In this document: positions 24,897 to 38,739 of the stretch, piece after piece | How positions within the stretch are numbered: position 1 is the first letter of the stretch | Layout of the letters: each line of letters opens with the position of its first letter | Assembly (NCBI GenBank): GCA_000934665.2 | Contig: KZ538204.1 | Span: 1 to 64,000 of the forward strand | From: Catajapyx aquilonaris | Lineage: Eukaryota | Length of the DNA stretch: 64,000 nucleotides | Direction of reading: 5' to 3' | The notes under the pieces: generated by a model | Database searches by the model: none | Told to the model about the DNA's origin: nothing | Seen by the model: the letters and a program-made list of their open reading frames with translations, nothing else | Translations under genes and position numbers: made by a program

Positions 24897-25249
24897 CAAC
24901 GAGATAGAATAGAATAGAGGTCGTAAAGGTCGGACATCTTTGAAGCCAATTAGAGATAACGGGCGGCCATGTAACTTCACGGCAAGAACTTTGAAATTGT
25001 AGTATTTCTAGCCCTGTTCTCCTCTCCTGCCTCCTGGCGGGACTAGGACGAAAAGGCTGTCTGGTGAACGCAACGAGGATTCTCTTATCTCTGTTTATTC
25101 CCACCCCCCGCCAGGAGGCAGGAGTGTAGACAGAGGAGAACAGGGTTGGAATGCGACAATTTCAAATTCGCGCATGTTCTTGCCGTGAAGTGGCATGGAC
25201 GCCAAAGATCACGTGACCTTTACGGCCTCTATTCTATTCTATCTCGTTG
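24897..25249. mobile_element. MITE with 8-bp TSD (P- or hAT-like)
   Basis: TIR CAACGAGATAGAATAGAATAGAGG.CGTAAAGGTC; TSD GGTCTTGC at 24889-24896 and 25250-25257. Confidence 0.85.
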
Positions 25250-25699
25250 GGTCTTGCCAAGGTTCACCATTTGGTTGCTACAGCTACAGTTCTGTCAACA
25301 CATAAACACAAAGATTGTTCACCTGATTCCATATCAGTATATTATGTTCTTGATCAAAAAATGCAATCCGGACCCAAAATCTGCCATATATGTGAGCCTT
25401 TCCGTCGCCCTGCACAATTTATCAGCGGAATAAATTCATCCATAATGAGATGGAAACTGATTATTATCAATTTCTGTCTCTAGTAACCAAGCAGTAGACC
25501 AGGTCCGCTATACTGGGTCCAGTATGTTTATTCTGTGCGGTGAAAATGGCCCCAATATTTTTTTTTAACTGGACAATAGCTGTGACAAGGAATGGCGGGC
25601 GCCTTGGCAACAATGAAACTATTGTTAGCAGCCTGCAGAATTATCCGAGACCTAACGATATCATGCAAATAGCTAAAGATTAAAGGCGAGAGAGAAAGA

Positions 25700-26289
25700 A
25701 AAATGACGACGAAAGACATGTCTATGTGTGAACCCAGTTTAATGGTTATTTCCAGCACTTTTAGCCTTTTCCATCCGGTTCAGTTTAATACCTTTAATTG
25801 TATTCGAAACCATGGAAGCGAGCTTGTTTATTTATTCCAAAATCTAATTAGAGGACTGACACAAAATTTCTATCCTCAATATAGGTCCCATGATCCCATG
25901 ATGGAGCTGTGCCTAATTACGCAGCCGTGATCGAGGGCAGTGTGTGAGCTCTGAGAAATGGCATCAAGTTCTTCATCTTTAATGCACCATGGGAAATTAT
26001 GTTCGAATTAGTGTTGGGCCCAACTTCGGCAATGTTCGTCATGATGCTGGCCATAAAAATTGCTGGGTTGATCACCAAATTGACATGCGAAATTGGCCGT
26101 TGTACCTTGTACGAGTTCGTCAGATTTTCAAGAAGGTGGTGGATGCTGCCATCAAAGGTGGGTAAAATTTCAGAAGGTAGCCTCATGAGGTCTCAGTCTC
26201 GCCCTGAGACCCAAAAGCAGTGGGAGTTTGAATCGCCGTGCTTTCAAAGAGCATTGGACTTGATCAATTTTTGTAATCCAGTGTCTTGA
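25700..26289 (+). pseudogene. Degenerate paralogue of the small ORF at 54013-54396
   Basis: Shares upstream blocks GACGAAAGACATG, TTTAATG.TTATT, TCCGGTTCAGTTTAAT and GAAACCATGGAA with 53920-54020. The ATG at 25812 hits an early stop; a downstream frame (PWEIMF...MLAIKIAGLI) weakly matches TWETLM...MVVAKITAMI. Confidence 0.45.
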
Positions 26290-26553
26290 CTGCCATGCCC
26301 TCCTTTCCCCGGGTTCCACTGATGGGAGCTATCTCCAACAAGGTCATCGACACAACCCGAAAATTTGGACATTGGTTGGAGAACGTGTTCTTGGCTTCCT
26401 TTCCATATATCGTCGTGCATCTTCATCATCTGCGGTTACATTTTTCCACCCAAAAGGAAAATGAAGATTTGAAACACCGATAGACGATGATGTTCCAGAA
26501 CAATACAGTGTGTTGTGTGGAAAAGTATTTGTGTCCTTTTTCCGGGATGTATA

Positions 26554-26714
26554 CAGTCGGTTAAAGGAGTATGTTACCTGACCAGACCTAGAAATTAGCC
26601 TCCAACAGAGGTGCTGCCTAGGGGAGTGCGAGTTATTGCATCAGGGGGAAGCAGCACCTCTGTTGGAGGCTAATTTCTAGATCTGGTCTGGTAACATACT
26701 CCTTTAACCGACTG
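26554..26714. mobile_element. Tc1/mariner-type hairpin MITE
   Basis: TA|CAGTCGGTTAAAGGAGTATGTTACC ... GGTAACATACTCCTTTAACCGACTG|TA, almost fully palindromic. Confidence 0.85.
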
Positions 26715-27811
26715 TACGGGGCCATCAATAATTTGAAGCTGGAAACCATGGTGAAGGTATATTTTCACAGGGCACACTCCTCCTCGTCACAAAAACTATA
26801 CTTTGTTGCTCAATGAAATTCAGGGTGTAGAGGATTTTAAATGTGATAGTACAGTATTTGACAGGAAATATTTTCTTTGCCGAGATTCCGTGAGTTTAAT
26901 CAGGGTTCTCCCCTTTTTCTCCCCCCCCCCCAAAAAAAAAGGTTAATCAGCATAGGACTGCTGGTTGCGGGTTGAATATTTAAATTATAATTCCCCTAGG
27001 ACGACACAGTGTTATAACAGGGCATCACTAGTGTATAAGTTTATTATAATTCATAGCGGTAGGTTTATTGGCGAGGAAGACTGTAAAACTTAACAGGTCT
27101 TCTTAAAATGTCATGACACACAGAAAGAATCCTAACAACTTAGCTTTTTTCTACTCCGAAATGTCCTACACGTTTGACCACACAAAAGAATACTGTATTT
27201 TTTTTATTTCAACCTTAATATGACATCAGTGGGAGAGCTCACACCAACAGCACCTAGGCTTATAGTATAGTAGACCAGTGAAGTTCTTCGCATATTTTTA
27301 CCAGGAAATTCCACCACAACCCACTTTCCCTGCATCAAATCACTATCTTGATTATTTTCAGTCAATCATTACCACTACTCATAATTTCCACCCAAAAGTG
27401 CTTTGAGTAAAGCAGCCCCCGATTGCCTTGTCAGCTTAACTCTGAATTTTAACTTTTTTTTTCTTTCGAAAAGCCACTTCATACCCATTCAGGGTACATC
27501 ATATGTGAATCTGGGAACATTTGCATCCCACAAGATGAGAGAGGGTGCACTAACGGGCCACAAAATGCTGCCTAATGTAGTCCCCCCAACAGACAGTAGC
27601 AGGGTCACACAATGACCTCAGATTTGGCTAGTAGCTTCTCACATGTGCTGGTCAAACAACGGCACCAATCACTTACTTCCGGTGGAATCGTGACGTCACC
27701 CACCCTGAAACCTATGTTTTTCCTTGATTTGTGCCAAGTTACCCCGGCTGTGCGCGCTGCTGTGTAAAGTATTCTCCTCTGATGGTACTACTGTAATACA
27801 CTTGGAACACA

Positions 27812-29040
27812 TTGCATATCGCAAATCAAACACGGACCTGCGATGTGCACGAGTTCTGCAAGTATGAGCACCACCCTTGGTTCCCATCCCTTTCATGCGA
27901 AGGCAAGCCAGTACTGTGCAAGACGAAGCACAATGTCGTGAAATGCCAGGAGATTCACACATCTGACATATTTGTCAGGTCAGAGCCATTATTTTGTTGA
28001 CGTCAAAATCTTCGATGGGCTTGCTGTTGTGCATAATATTATTATGCTACCAAGGACTGGGGCTCGCACATTCCAGGAGTACAGAGTCTGTAAGTTCTCC
28101 CAATACATCAAAGATCAAGACTCGTCGCGTAGGCGCTTCACCGACTATTCCCTCTCTATTTACACGTGGCACTTAGGTCTTTTCATTCCCGGGTCACATT
28201 TCAGAGATTTTTGTCACGCTAACGGTGGGCCATTTTCAATATGTAGATGCTTACGCCATGGCACCACATGTCAGGGTTCCTTGGTAATACAATATCTCAT
28301 TTGCAGGGAGTTCTCATTTCCAGTCAATCAAAAAAAAAACCTTCTCTTAGGTCGTTCTGCCGTATCACGCGACAACAACTGTGGGTAGCGTTCGGAACAG
28401 GAAAAACTTTCGTGACAGTTCACGACATCAGTAGCTAAATCTCTTGGAAACCCAATGGCCACATCTTCACCGGGTAGGATGTGTCTCAGTCTCACAGTCA
28501 GTTCAAAGGTAGACGTCAAACATCGTCATGGAAAGCATAGAAAGCTGCTGGCCAGAAGCAGCGCAGTTTTTGTCGCTGGCCACTGGATCTGTGGAGCGGG
28601 AAGCCTTTGGCTGAAACTCAACGGTAGGTTGTCATATTATTCTCTACTACACAGCCAGCCGCAGTCAGCAATGTTGATGATGTGTGGAGAATACTGCTGA
28701 AGAACAAGGGACCACTGCTTCTCGAACACATACCACCACCCTCCGATGCCCTAAATAGTAAAATTGCACAACATGAGAGCTGCTTACCAGGAAGACGTTG
28801 TATGGGTAAATTCATCGCAGCCAATCATGGAAAACTTACAGTTAGATCCAGCGAGATGGCGATGGAAGATGGGTCTTGGAAACTGGAACCCAGTGTGGTG
28901 ATGCCAGCAGGGTACTCATTCGATGTGGCTGCAAGGAGAAGTGCACAAACCGCTGCAAGTGTGGGAAGGGTCTTTCTTCGCACGAGGCTCGGCATTCTTG
29001 AAGACATTTTGGTCTTGACAGCATGGCCATTATACAAGTA
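27812..29040 (+). mobile_element. Academ (AcademX-type) transposon coding remnant: XPG-like nuclease region plus Cys-rich C-terminus
   Basis: Fragmented motifs: QTRTCDVHEFCKYEHHPWFPSLS, KIFDGLAVVH, TFQEY, LWVAFGTGKT, HIFTG*D, EHIPPPSDAL, CGCKEKCTNRCKC. Many frameshifts and stops. Confidence 0.75.
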
Positions 29041-29231
29041 ACATTATTTTCTTCGTGAGAACCTACAAATAATGCATACTTATCCTCAATATCGATAGAA
29101 AAAAGGAGACCATATATGTTAAATGCAATTAAATATTTTATTATGATACCACAATGCTTTTAGCCCATTTTGAAGGAGCTGGAATGAAAGTTGGGGAAGC
29201 CCATTTAAAAATAGTCTTTTTTCATGTATTT

Positions 29232-29263
<32 letters not shown>

Positions 29264-29439
29264 ATCTACGATTTCATACAAATTTGAAGACTGGATCTAC
29301 TGATTGGCGAAGCAGGGGATGCAGCCATGGGGCCACACTTCTTGAGATTAAGGGGGCAGGGGCGCCGCTGTTTCAAAAACTGGAAAGGAAACAGAAGGCA
29401 GGAAAATATGCCATTATCTCTCCCCAAACTGTAAGCAAG

Positions 29440-30430
29440 ACTCACCTAGTCTCACTAACGAGTGCGGTGGCCCGTCTCACCGCACACATGACATTTTTTT
29501 CGTAACTCCGGGCAGTAGCGATAGATGTGGCCGACCTGACCACAATGGTAACAGACAGCTGCAAAAGGGAACAACAATGGAGTCCTAGCCTTGGCCTGGA
29601 ATTTGGGTAATTTGTACACAAATAGCTCAACCATACATACATGCATTACACAACTTTTTGGAACCAAAATGTCATTCCTCGATAAAATAATCATCGGGGG
29701 TTTAAACGTCACTCGCAAATTGGCGGGAAAAACGGGGGATTGGCCTCGGACAACAGTGACGTCAGTGGCGGTCCCGTTCGATTCGGCTTTATACTGGCGG
29801 TCGTTCGATTCCGTTGTTAGGCAACAAACAAAGGAACAAAGCAGCCCGGGTGCATTCCTGCCTCTGCACCGATCTTTTGTTGATATTTGGACAACAGCGA
29901 CGTCAGAGGCAAGATGGATAAACACAGTATGGTGGCCAAACTCCCTCGATACGGTAGAATGCTGAAGTGGGTCCAGCCACTGGCGGCGCCACTGGTGCGT
30001 CGGGGCCAATATTTCCCGCGCTTTAATGGAGTAGCATAGGAAAATGATGTTCCGCAAGGACTACTTTCAACTCCCGGGACATTTAGAAGCATTTCTGTTG
30101 CAAATATGGGTGGCTTGATGTTCTGTTAGGGACTGGCTACCATTTCCCATGTATTTCAACCCTAGGGACATGAGGAGTAAATTGTTGCCGGGGTCGCGAA
30201 ATACGTGTATGTGCAGAAATTGTACTGTACATGTGATTTGTAACAGTCGTAGCGTTTGCCAGAGTGTGAGGAGGATAACATGCGACCAGGCTGGACCAGA
30301 ATTTAACAGACAGGCATTGTCCGACATCTTTTGATGCACAATTGAGCTCTATTGAGCCATCATATTCAATAGCATTAGGACTGTAATTTCATTACCAGAC
30401 ACGGCATCTAAATCAAAATTAGACATTAGA
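29440..30430 (-). mobile_element. Retrotransposon gag/ORF1 remnant with two CCHC zinc knuckles
   Basis: CYHCGQVGHIYRYC and CHVCGETGH at about 29460-29555; the upstream frame is broken. Confidence 0.7.
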
Positions 30431-31582
30431 CAGCCTGCTTCGATATTATACACTCCTGACACACAAATACACTGTACTGTACTCTCGATTATCCGGGTGC
30501 GGATTATCCGCGCATGGCCAAAAAATAAAATTGAAAATTAAAGCCCGAAAAAATGGGTCGAATTTTCGCCACACTGCTAGATACTGCGAAGAGCTGATAC
30601 TGGTAAGTTAGCAGGGTGGTTCCATTTCAGATCAGCCAGTGAGTGAAAAAAGGTGTCAGGTCATAGTCATCGATTTTTGTGAAAAAAAAATATATGTGAA
30701 ACCCACATCCAATTGAACTCTTATGGAGCAATCTGTTTTACGAGATTAAATTTAGTTATCGAGATATTAATATTTCTTTTAAGGGGTACCAAAATCACAA
30801 TCACGGGAAGATGCACTTTTTCCATTGCTTTCAATGAGTATATTTCGGGAACTGTTCTGAAAACCAACATGAAATTTTAAACTCATGCTTTTGGAATAAC
30901 ATAATGCATAAATTTACTTTATTTAATGGTACAGTCACCGGCAAAAAAATCTCCAATCTTGCATATTTTGGTCAAAATGCGCATATTTCGTAATTTATTA
31001 CGCCGTTATGGTAAACGTGACGGTTGTGCTGATTATATTTTGTGATATACTCGGTGACCCCCTAAAGGTCATGAAAAAAAACCTTTGTTAGCTCCGCGTG
31101 TAGTTGAGATATGCAAGGTGAAAATATGGCAACAAGCGAAAACATGCATATTTCAAAAATTATTTTCTCAAAAAACCCATTTTTAATATTTTATTTTTAT
31201 TTTTTATTTTACAAGGACGGACATGTTATAAAATCAACTGGTGTCAAAACCCGGTATATATTTTTTATACGTGAGATATAAATTTTTGTAAAGTGACAAC
31301 TTTCGTCATTGTCCTACAATATGCACACTTAAAATAAATATTTTCTCGAAGAAGCAATATTGAAAATTTAATTGGTTTTTTGTATACGTCCTGAGTCACA
31401 GAAAGTCTCACAAACCGCTTCAACAGATCTCCGCTATGGAAGGAATTGTAGGTGTACACTGTGGAACAGGCTGACCTCAACTATAATGACCCAAGAAGCA
31501 TAATTATATTCCACGGCCTGCCCAACAGAGGGAAGTTTTCTTTGACTGGCGGTACCTCTTTCTACAAAAGTACGCCAATCAG

Positions 31583-31696
31583 ACTTGAGCAAGCATGTGA
31601 CCGGTCAGCGGCGCTGTGTCACACGGCCGCTTGAGAGAGATTCCTACCTAGGAATCTCTCTCAAGCGCCGCTGACCGGTCACATGCTTGCTCAAGT
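31583..31696. repeat. Near-perfect hairpin
   Basis: ACTTGAGCAAGCATGTGACCGGTCAGCGGCGC / CGCCGCTGACCGGTCACATGCTTGCTCAAGT with an inner GAGAGAGATTCCTA stem. Confidence 0.85.
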
Positions 31697-33613
31697 AGAA
31701 GATTTTGACATTCTATTTACTGATTGGCGAATACATTATTTTAGAATTTCTTTTACAAGTCTCTCTTCAGTCAACAAATTCGTGAAAATAATCCATGCCG
31801 ATCATCTACCTTGTTCGAAGCCTCTTCACCCTCTACAACGCGGGTATCTAGTGAAATAAGTTCTGAGCCCCTTATCCTGAAAGGATTTTTTGCTGAAGTA
31901 AAACTTCTCGAGGAAGGATCTTGGGAAAGAATGGTACTACTGTTCATGATGACGAGTTCCCTGACTCTTTTCGCCGTGGGTACCTTGAAATTCAGTCAGC
32001 AGGCGACTGACCCCAGGACCCAACAGACGAACCCTGGGAACCTGAAAACGACCGCAATGTAAGCAGTAAGGACACCAGAAATCACGTGTACTACTCGCCT
32101 ACGGGTGCATATCCCCATATCACCTGAGGGCTTCAGTTGAAATCAAATATGGCGCCTCTCTGGTCTCGGAATGCACGATTGGAGATTTTTAGTGTCATTG
32201 TCGGTTTCAGTGACAGCAAATTATATCTAAAATTCACATGCCACCCTTTAGGCGAAAATATCATTAGACATAACCCAGTATGCTAATTTCAAAATGGCGA
32301 TCATAGGTCACAAACTAGTGACCTTATGACCTCCTGCTTGGTACCAATCGTCTGAGCTACCTCGAATTATGGGGAAATGACACCAACATTGCCATGATGA
32401 GGCAATTTGGAATTTTCAAAAAAATATATGGCCTTTTTTCCAAAATGGTCGCCATTTTGACCCTACAAGGTCAAGGGTCAGGGTGCTTCGGATCAAATTG
32501 ATCGCCTTAGTCTATGGAACGTATGTGCAAGGCGGCTTGCTTTCTGTAAGAATTTGCAGCATTTTATATCGTTTTTTCCAAGTGTAGTACCGCTCCGACT
32601 AGCACGACGGCACCGCGCTAAGAGCGCTATGAAATATTTTGACAGTTTTTTAACAGATGATCACACAAGCATGCCAGTGACATCGTTGTAAAGGTGAGAA
32701 TGCGAGGAAACCTTTTCCGTCCTACACATTTTGTCGAGTCTGCTGTGCGGAACTGATTATTTTCATGTTTTCAAAAGTGCAACGAGAAAATTCAAACTTG
32801 GCTGGCGTTTTCACGGTGACCTTGACCTGCAGGTGATATGATGACCTGATAGTCACGTTGTACATCCAATTGTAAACATTTTAAGAGGAATCCGAGAAAT
32901 ATCGGACGAGTAGTTTCGATTTTATAGCCAATTCCAAAGCGAGTGTCACTTATGTACTTCTTGAGCAAAAAAAAAAACATGACGCGGACAGGGGAGAGTC
33001 GGGGACTTTTGATATGTTGTTCAGCATGGCAAACAGAGCTGCGTGCAAATTTTCAGCTTTACATTATTTTTGTCCGGGTTAGGCCTAATTTTTGTCTAAA
33101 ACTCCTGGGCTATAACCTGTTTCTTGGCACTTAGAGTCTTGTGCAGGTCCACTCTTCAATAATTAATGATCAATAAAGACATGAAAACTGGGAACCCAGT
33201 ACACGCAGATTAATATGGAAACTTTGTATAGAGCAAATTGTAGGCTATTGATTTGCGTTCCCAAGACATTGTGGTAAGCACATAATAATCGATCGAATTG
33301 AATCTGAACCAAGTTACAGCTTCACAAATCCGTTCTCTGCAAGCGCAAACTCACGAGGCAACATGGGGAGTCAACTGAAAATGTGTAACTCACGCATGTG
33401 ATAGTCTTGAGGGCAGTCCTTCACGAAGTGTCCAAGGGAGTTACACCGAAAGCAACGTCGCGTCGGTGCTTCTCCAGGCATGTTTCAACCACATGCCCAT
33501 ACTCTTTGCACAGGTAGCACCAGGGCCTCGACTCTGTAAAATGATTACTTATGTTTCAATAAAGTGCTGATACAGATGAGTCGTTTCCAAACAAAGATGG
33601 GCAAAAATATATA

Positions 33614-33918
33614 CAGGGTGTTTCAACTTTTTTGTCCGAACAGTTATCGAAAAATTGTACGTAGCTGCTACTTTGTAAGCAGTGACTTTCAAACGGTGAT
33701 TTTTCGGAGGAACGTGTAATATTCCCTGCGAATCGTAGGTTGAAGTGGCATACGTGCTGCCCGCTGAAAATTGAAGGTAAAGCCTGGAAAAAAGAGGGTC
33801 ACACTTTTGTCCCATTCCCCATTCCTCCGACAAATCGCCTGTTGCAAGTCACTGCTTATAAAGTAGCAGCTACGTGCAATTTTCCGATAACTGTTCGGAC
33901 AAAAGTTGAAACACCCTG
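33614..33918. mobile_element. Tc1-like MITE
   Basis: TA|CAGGGTGTTTCAACTTTT...AAAAGTTGAAACACCCTG|TA; TIRs of roughly 80-95 bp. Confidence 0.9.
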
Positions 33919-34340
33919 TATACACAAGTAACTAAGTTATATCATACTTATAGTCATGTTTCACGGAGGATGTGTACCTGCAAACCGTGATCATCGAGAT
34001 GAACGAACACCTGCTCCGGAAACAGTTGCTAATCACAGTTACGAGCGATGCTAATGGATTGAGTAAATCACCTCCACCATGACAGTAACAGTCGCCAGAA
34101 AATTATTGCCACTCACTAACTTTCTGTCTATGTCTATAGACTGTAGATGATACGAGTACCTGCACACGACAGCTGTTAAATAGCTCAACCCTTAGGGGGT
34201 TTGAAGGTCCAATCCGTGCACAAAAGTACTGGCCAAGTGTGAAAATTTTGCTCAGATTTTCTCATGCTTGCAGAACTTAACCATACGCATTGGCTACAGG
34301 CCAAAATTCTCCATTAGGTTTGGACATCGGCAAATCTTAA

Positions 34341-35283
34341 AGGGACAGTCCACTATTGAGACAAGTTGGTGTCTAAAATCGTCCCAAAAATGATTTTCGA
34401 CAGAGCAGTCCGTTTTTCTCTCATCCGAACGGTAACCTCAGGGCGAAAGCTGGAAGTGTGTCGTTTGAAAACCGCACCCGGCGCAGGTGGCGACGACGCC
34501 ACCAGATGAAGGCAGAACTAGACACGTGTACGACACGAATATTATGGGTGCTTCTCACCTCACCTCACCTCACCTCACCTCACCATATGGCTCAAATTGG
34601 TAAAGACGGATCCCATGCATACTGGGACGGAGACAGTCTGAAAAGTTGGGGCTTCTGACTGCCTCGTTAGCCTCCGTATCAGGTCGCGCACTCTCTTTTT
34701 TCCCAAGGGGTTACTCACTGGTGGGAAATGTGTACACCAGACTGGGACTGGCGATGATTGGGATTGGGACTAGGGAAATTGTGTACACCAGACTGGGGAA
34801 GTGACTAACCCCTCGCTTTTTCCATGATTCGGTCCCGGAACAGAATCACTGGACTGTGCCATCCTGGAAGAACCGTGACGCATTTCAGAATAGCAGCTAA
34901 TATGTGTTAGGGACCAAAAGATTGCTAATGCTCTGTTTCAATTACTAATTCCAATTTGAATGACTATTGGTGTATTCTGTACAACATTAGCAATTATTTT
35001 GTTAAACGATTAGGTGCAGCATGCACTGTCCTAGGCGAGGGACATTAGCAGTTACTTGTGTAAAGTGCTGCTGCTAGAAAATAGCGTTTAGGCGCTGTGG
35101 TTAGCCCGTCTGGTCGCCAGGGTTATTTCCGACCAGGCTGAGAGGGAGCCTGTGATTTTATGAATCTGATCTCTCGCCCTGGGGTTACTGTTAGGATGAG
35201 AAAAAAAGCGGACTATACCGTCGGAAATCTTAATTTTGGGACGATTTTTAGAGACCAACTAGTCTAAGTAGTTGACTGTCTCT
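34341..35283. mobile_element. Kolobok-like non-autonomous element
   Basis: TTAA at 34337-34340 and 35284-35287; imperfect TIRs AGGGACAGTC...CTAAAATCGTCCCAAAA with RR...YY ends. Confidence 0.7.
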
Positions 35284-36233
35284 TTAAGGCTTCATCAAAA
35301 GTAACAAAAACGCAATGTTCAATAAATTCTTAAATATTATTGATGCACCAAACTGTTGCACAAAATGAAAAATATTTCTTTCAAAGTGATGGGCTAGAGA
35401 GTAAAGCACCGAAAATAAATCGAATTGCAAAAATTCCACTTCAACCTCCGTTTAGTGCAACTTTCTGACACATTAATAACGATGAATTCACATTTAATTT
35501 TTGAAATAACAACATGACGAATTGCAATTGAATTCATTCGACACAGCCCATTAGCCTTTAAATTATGGCTCAACATTAACATATTTTAGCAAAATAAGAG
35601 CATGTTCTGACATTAAAACTCCTGATTTTTAGCTTCTAGACTGTGCCTGCAGAAATTAGGCAAACACACATGACAAAATTCTTTACACATCACTAGGCAC
35701 TAATGACACTGTAACGTTATTCATTGGAAGAAAATATTGCTGACCAAAAATCGATACTTACTCAGTCCTCCAGTGCTACGTCCTCCCTTGCCGCTCATCC
35801 TTTCTGAATCAAAATCTGCCAACAAAACCTTTCGATATTATCCATTGACCTGAAGCGGGGCAACTAACATCATCTCAAACAGTCTAGTCATATCACACTC
35901 ATTAACCAAGACTCAATAAAAATGCCTGAGTCTTTCTGAGATTAGAAAATACCGTCAAACGGGGTTACTTAAGCCGGGTGGGTAACTTCAGCCATTTTGC
36001 TGCGTAAATTTCGGACACTGATTTTGGCAACACTGTTTTGAGTTGAAATGTTATTTTTTATGACATCAGTTCCATATTTAAGTGCAGTTTTGGACTGCAT
36101 ATTTGAATATTGTGTTTGTGTCAAAGGTAACTTTGTAAAATCTTAATTATGTTTAGGATAATCCGATAAGGGGGCTAGTTTCCAGACCTGCATATATACA
36201 GGGTGGCGCCGATAATTGTGTGATAAAGTGTGA

Positions 36234-36341
36234 CTTGCCGACAAATGCTAAGGTCGTGGTGAATTTTTACTTACCATGCATATTGACGCATATAAGCATG
36301 GCAAGTAAAAATTCACCACGACCTTATCATTTGTCGGCAAG
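36234..36341. repeat. Near-perfect hairpin inside a Tc1-like end
   Basis: CTTGCCGACAAATG.TAAGGTCGTGGTGAATTTTTACTT and its reverse complement; TA|CAGGGTG just upstream at about 36199. Confidence 0.85.
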
Positions 36342-36536
36342 CGATGATGTTCATATCACTAGAATGCTCTTGATCATGCGCATCGATTGATATATAAAAC
36401 GCCGAAATAGGTCCAGCCCCACATAGGGAAAGAAATTGATGAAATTGTCGAATATGTGAATTTTCTAATATTCAGAATTTTTTATTTCCAAGACTACTTC
36501 ACCTAGAACGAACATATTTTACGAACAGATGTATAT

Positions 36537-37128
36537 GAATGACCCGAAATGGAAAGGGCATAAGTCCACCTTTTGGTCAAAATTACTTTTTCGCGGAAGG
36601 AAACTCTTCAGCATGGAGGGCATAAGATCCAGTATGAGAGGGAGCGAAAGTCCCCACCCATATGCTATATTTTAGCATGTCAGAATTGCCTCCAGAATGG
36701 AAAAGGGGGAAGACCTGGACTTACACCTTTTCCATGCTGAAATTGCTGCTTCGGAATGAAAAGGCACTTACTAGTAGTCCATCGTGTCATTATCCGGTAA
36801 ATACCTATGTGTATTCAGGAAAATGTTGAAGTAAAGTGTTTGCCTATATCAATGAGTGTGTTATTTTGTGTTACTTATGTTATCATGTGACAGAACGGCA
36901 CAGATTTTCTCATCCTGCCATCTTTCAGAATGAAAGGGACGTAAGTCCCGTCCCTTTAAATCGCTCTCACCCATCTGTCATGACGCGTTTTCCACCGAAC
37001 TCTGCTCAACATGATGCCAATGTCGAGTCTGACCACCCTGACGAATTTACAATGCCGCATTTCTGTTTTTTGTCTCCCCTGTAAAATTAGGTCTCATGGA
37101 CTTATGCCCTTTCCATTTTGGGTCATTC
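36537..37128. mobile_element. MITE with ATAT flanks (Sola1-like)
   Basis: TIR GAATGACCC.AAATGGAAAGGGCATAAGTCCA; ATAT at 36533-36536 and 37129-37132; internal reiterated GGGCATAAGTCC-like motifs. Confidence 0.65.
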
Positions 37129-38739
37129 ATATACTACCATAAGTGCCACTGCCCAAATTTAAAGCAGAGCGCACAAATATTGGGGGATTTACGGCCATCC
37201 TAAATATAGAGTAAATTGAGATTGTGCGTTTTATTTTTTTATAATTTTAAATAAAACATGCGATGAAATTTTATTTCACCATAAAATTATCCTGTTCATT
37301 ACTTTTCATTTGATATACGTATATCATGTAGGTATGCAATGTAATGGTTTAACAATGGAATATATGGCGGTGTGTGTACATTGCTGAGATTGTCATGCTT
37401 ATTATTTTCTCGGTGAAATATAAGTCCAGGAGTGTACAATTTTGGATTTGGTATTAAGTCCTGCATAGCTACACAAGTTGTTTTTTTTTTAAATCTAAAG
37501 GGGTCGAGCCACAAATTTTCTGGAAAGGACCTGTTCAAGTAGCCCCGCTACCTAAACGGCAACCATCTTGCGCATCTTGTAGTGTATAATCTATGCACCT
37601 AGTTTTACGCTAAAGGCCGCTGTGTTCGCCACTGACTGTATCTTTGATGTGGTAGGGGTTGCTACCTAGCGGCCTTGGTAGGATTCAAAGCATGTTGTCA
37701 CGTGGTGAACTGAGGCAGGAAAACTCGTGTGGTTTTTACCCCGTAAAAATGTTGTAAGAATATTCGTGGGAGACAAATGCCGCCTCAGGGAACCAATATG
37801 CGAAATGCAAGCCCCATCGAGATATCACGCGTTTGCCCAATCGCGTATCTCTCCCTCTCCTCTCTCTCACTCTCCCCTAAAAGAGAGACAGGAGTGAGGG
37901 GCGGTCTCAGGATGGCGTTCGTTGGCAAAGCAAGGGCGAACTCTTTCTCCAAACTGATGAAGGTCACCCTTTAGAAGCATTCTTCCATTGAATGACATAT
38001 ATTAGAGTGGCTGGACAGCAACATTTTGATCCAACTCCCCTGCGTTGCCAAGTTTCAGTGATCTGCTCCAATCTAATGACACGAATCATTGAGCCATGTG
38101 GGTGGCCTTTCTTTGCCAGGATAACCTTGAACAGGTCCTTTACGGAATTTACATGGAATGACCCAACTCGGAATGCAAGCTCCCTAATTATTCAAATATA
38201 AATGCATGTTGCACAGTCTATTGGATATGGCAACCCTGTGTAGTGACCTCCAGCGTGGTCACCCAGTCGTGGTCCCACATCCAGATATGCTCAGAAGTGT
38301 CTAAAGAACGAGTGTACCTACACTCTAAGAAATGTCTTGGATAAAACATGAATTGTCATATATAAAACCGAAGTTTATACCAGACAGGTGAGGGTTATGG
38401 ATAGGTATACGTGACAAAATCAATTTTCCTTGTTTAAGCATGACCACACTTTGGCTCTGGTTGAATTTATCCATGACAACCTGTTGATCCATGACAGCAA
38501 GGAAATCGGTCATGGATAACGTCAATCCGTCAAGCATAAACCCAAGATTACCCATAATGATCCTTTGCGGTTTGTCAGGTATAAACAAGCCTGTGACGTG
38601 ACTATCCCAGAATCCTTTGCGGCTTGTCGCAGGGATAAAAATCCCTGCCCCGTTACTCTTTTCGCGCCCGGCATCAGAGTGGTCGTTCCCGCACTCTTCC
38701 CAGCGTCATCCTTTGCGTGCCTGGCAAAAGTGAGTGAAT

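Noticed and set aside
26201..26223. CCCTGAGACCC, resembling the miR-125 5' end
   Set aside because: The 3' half does not match and no hairpin partner is evident.
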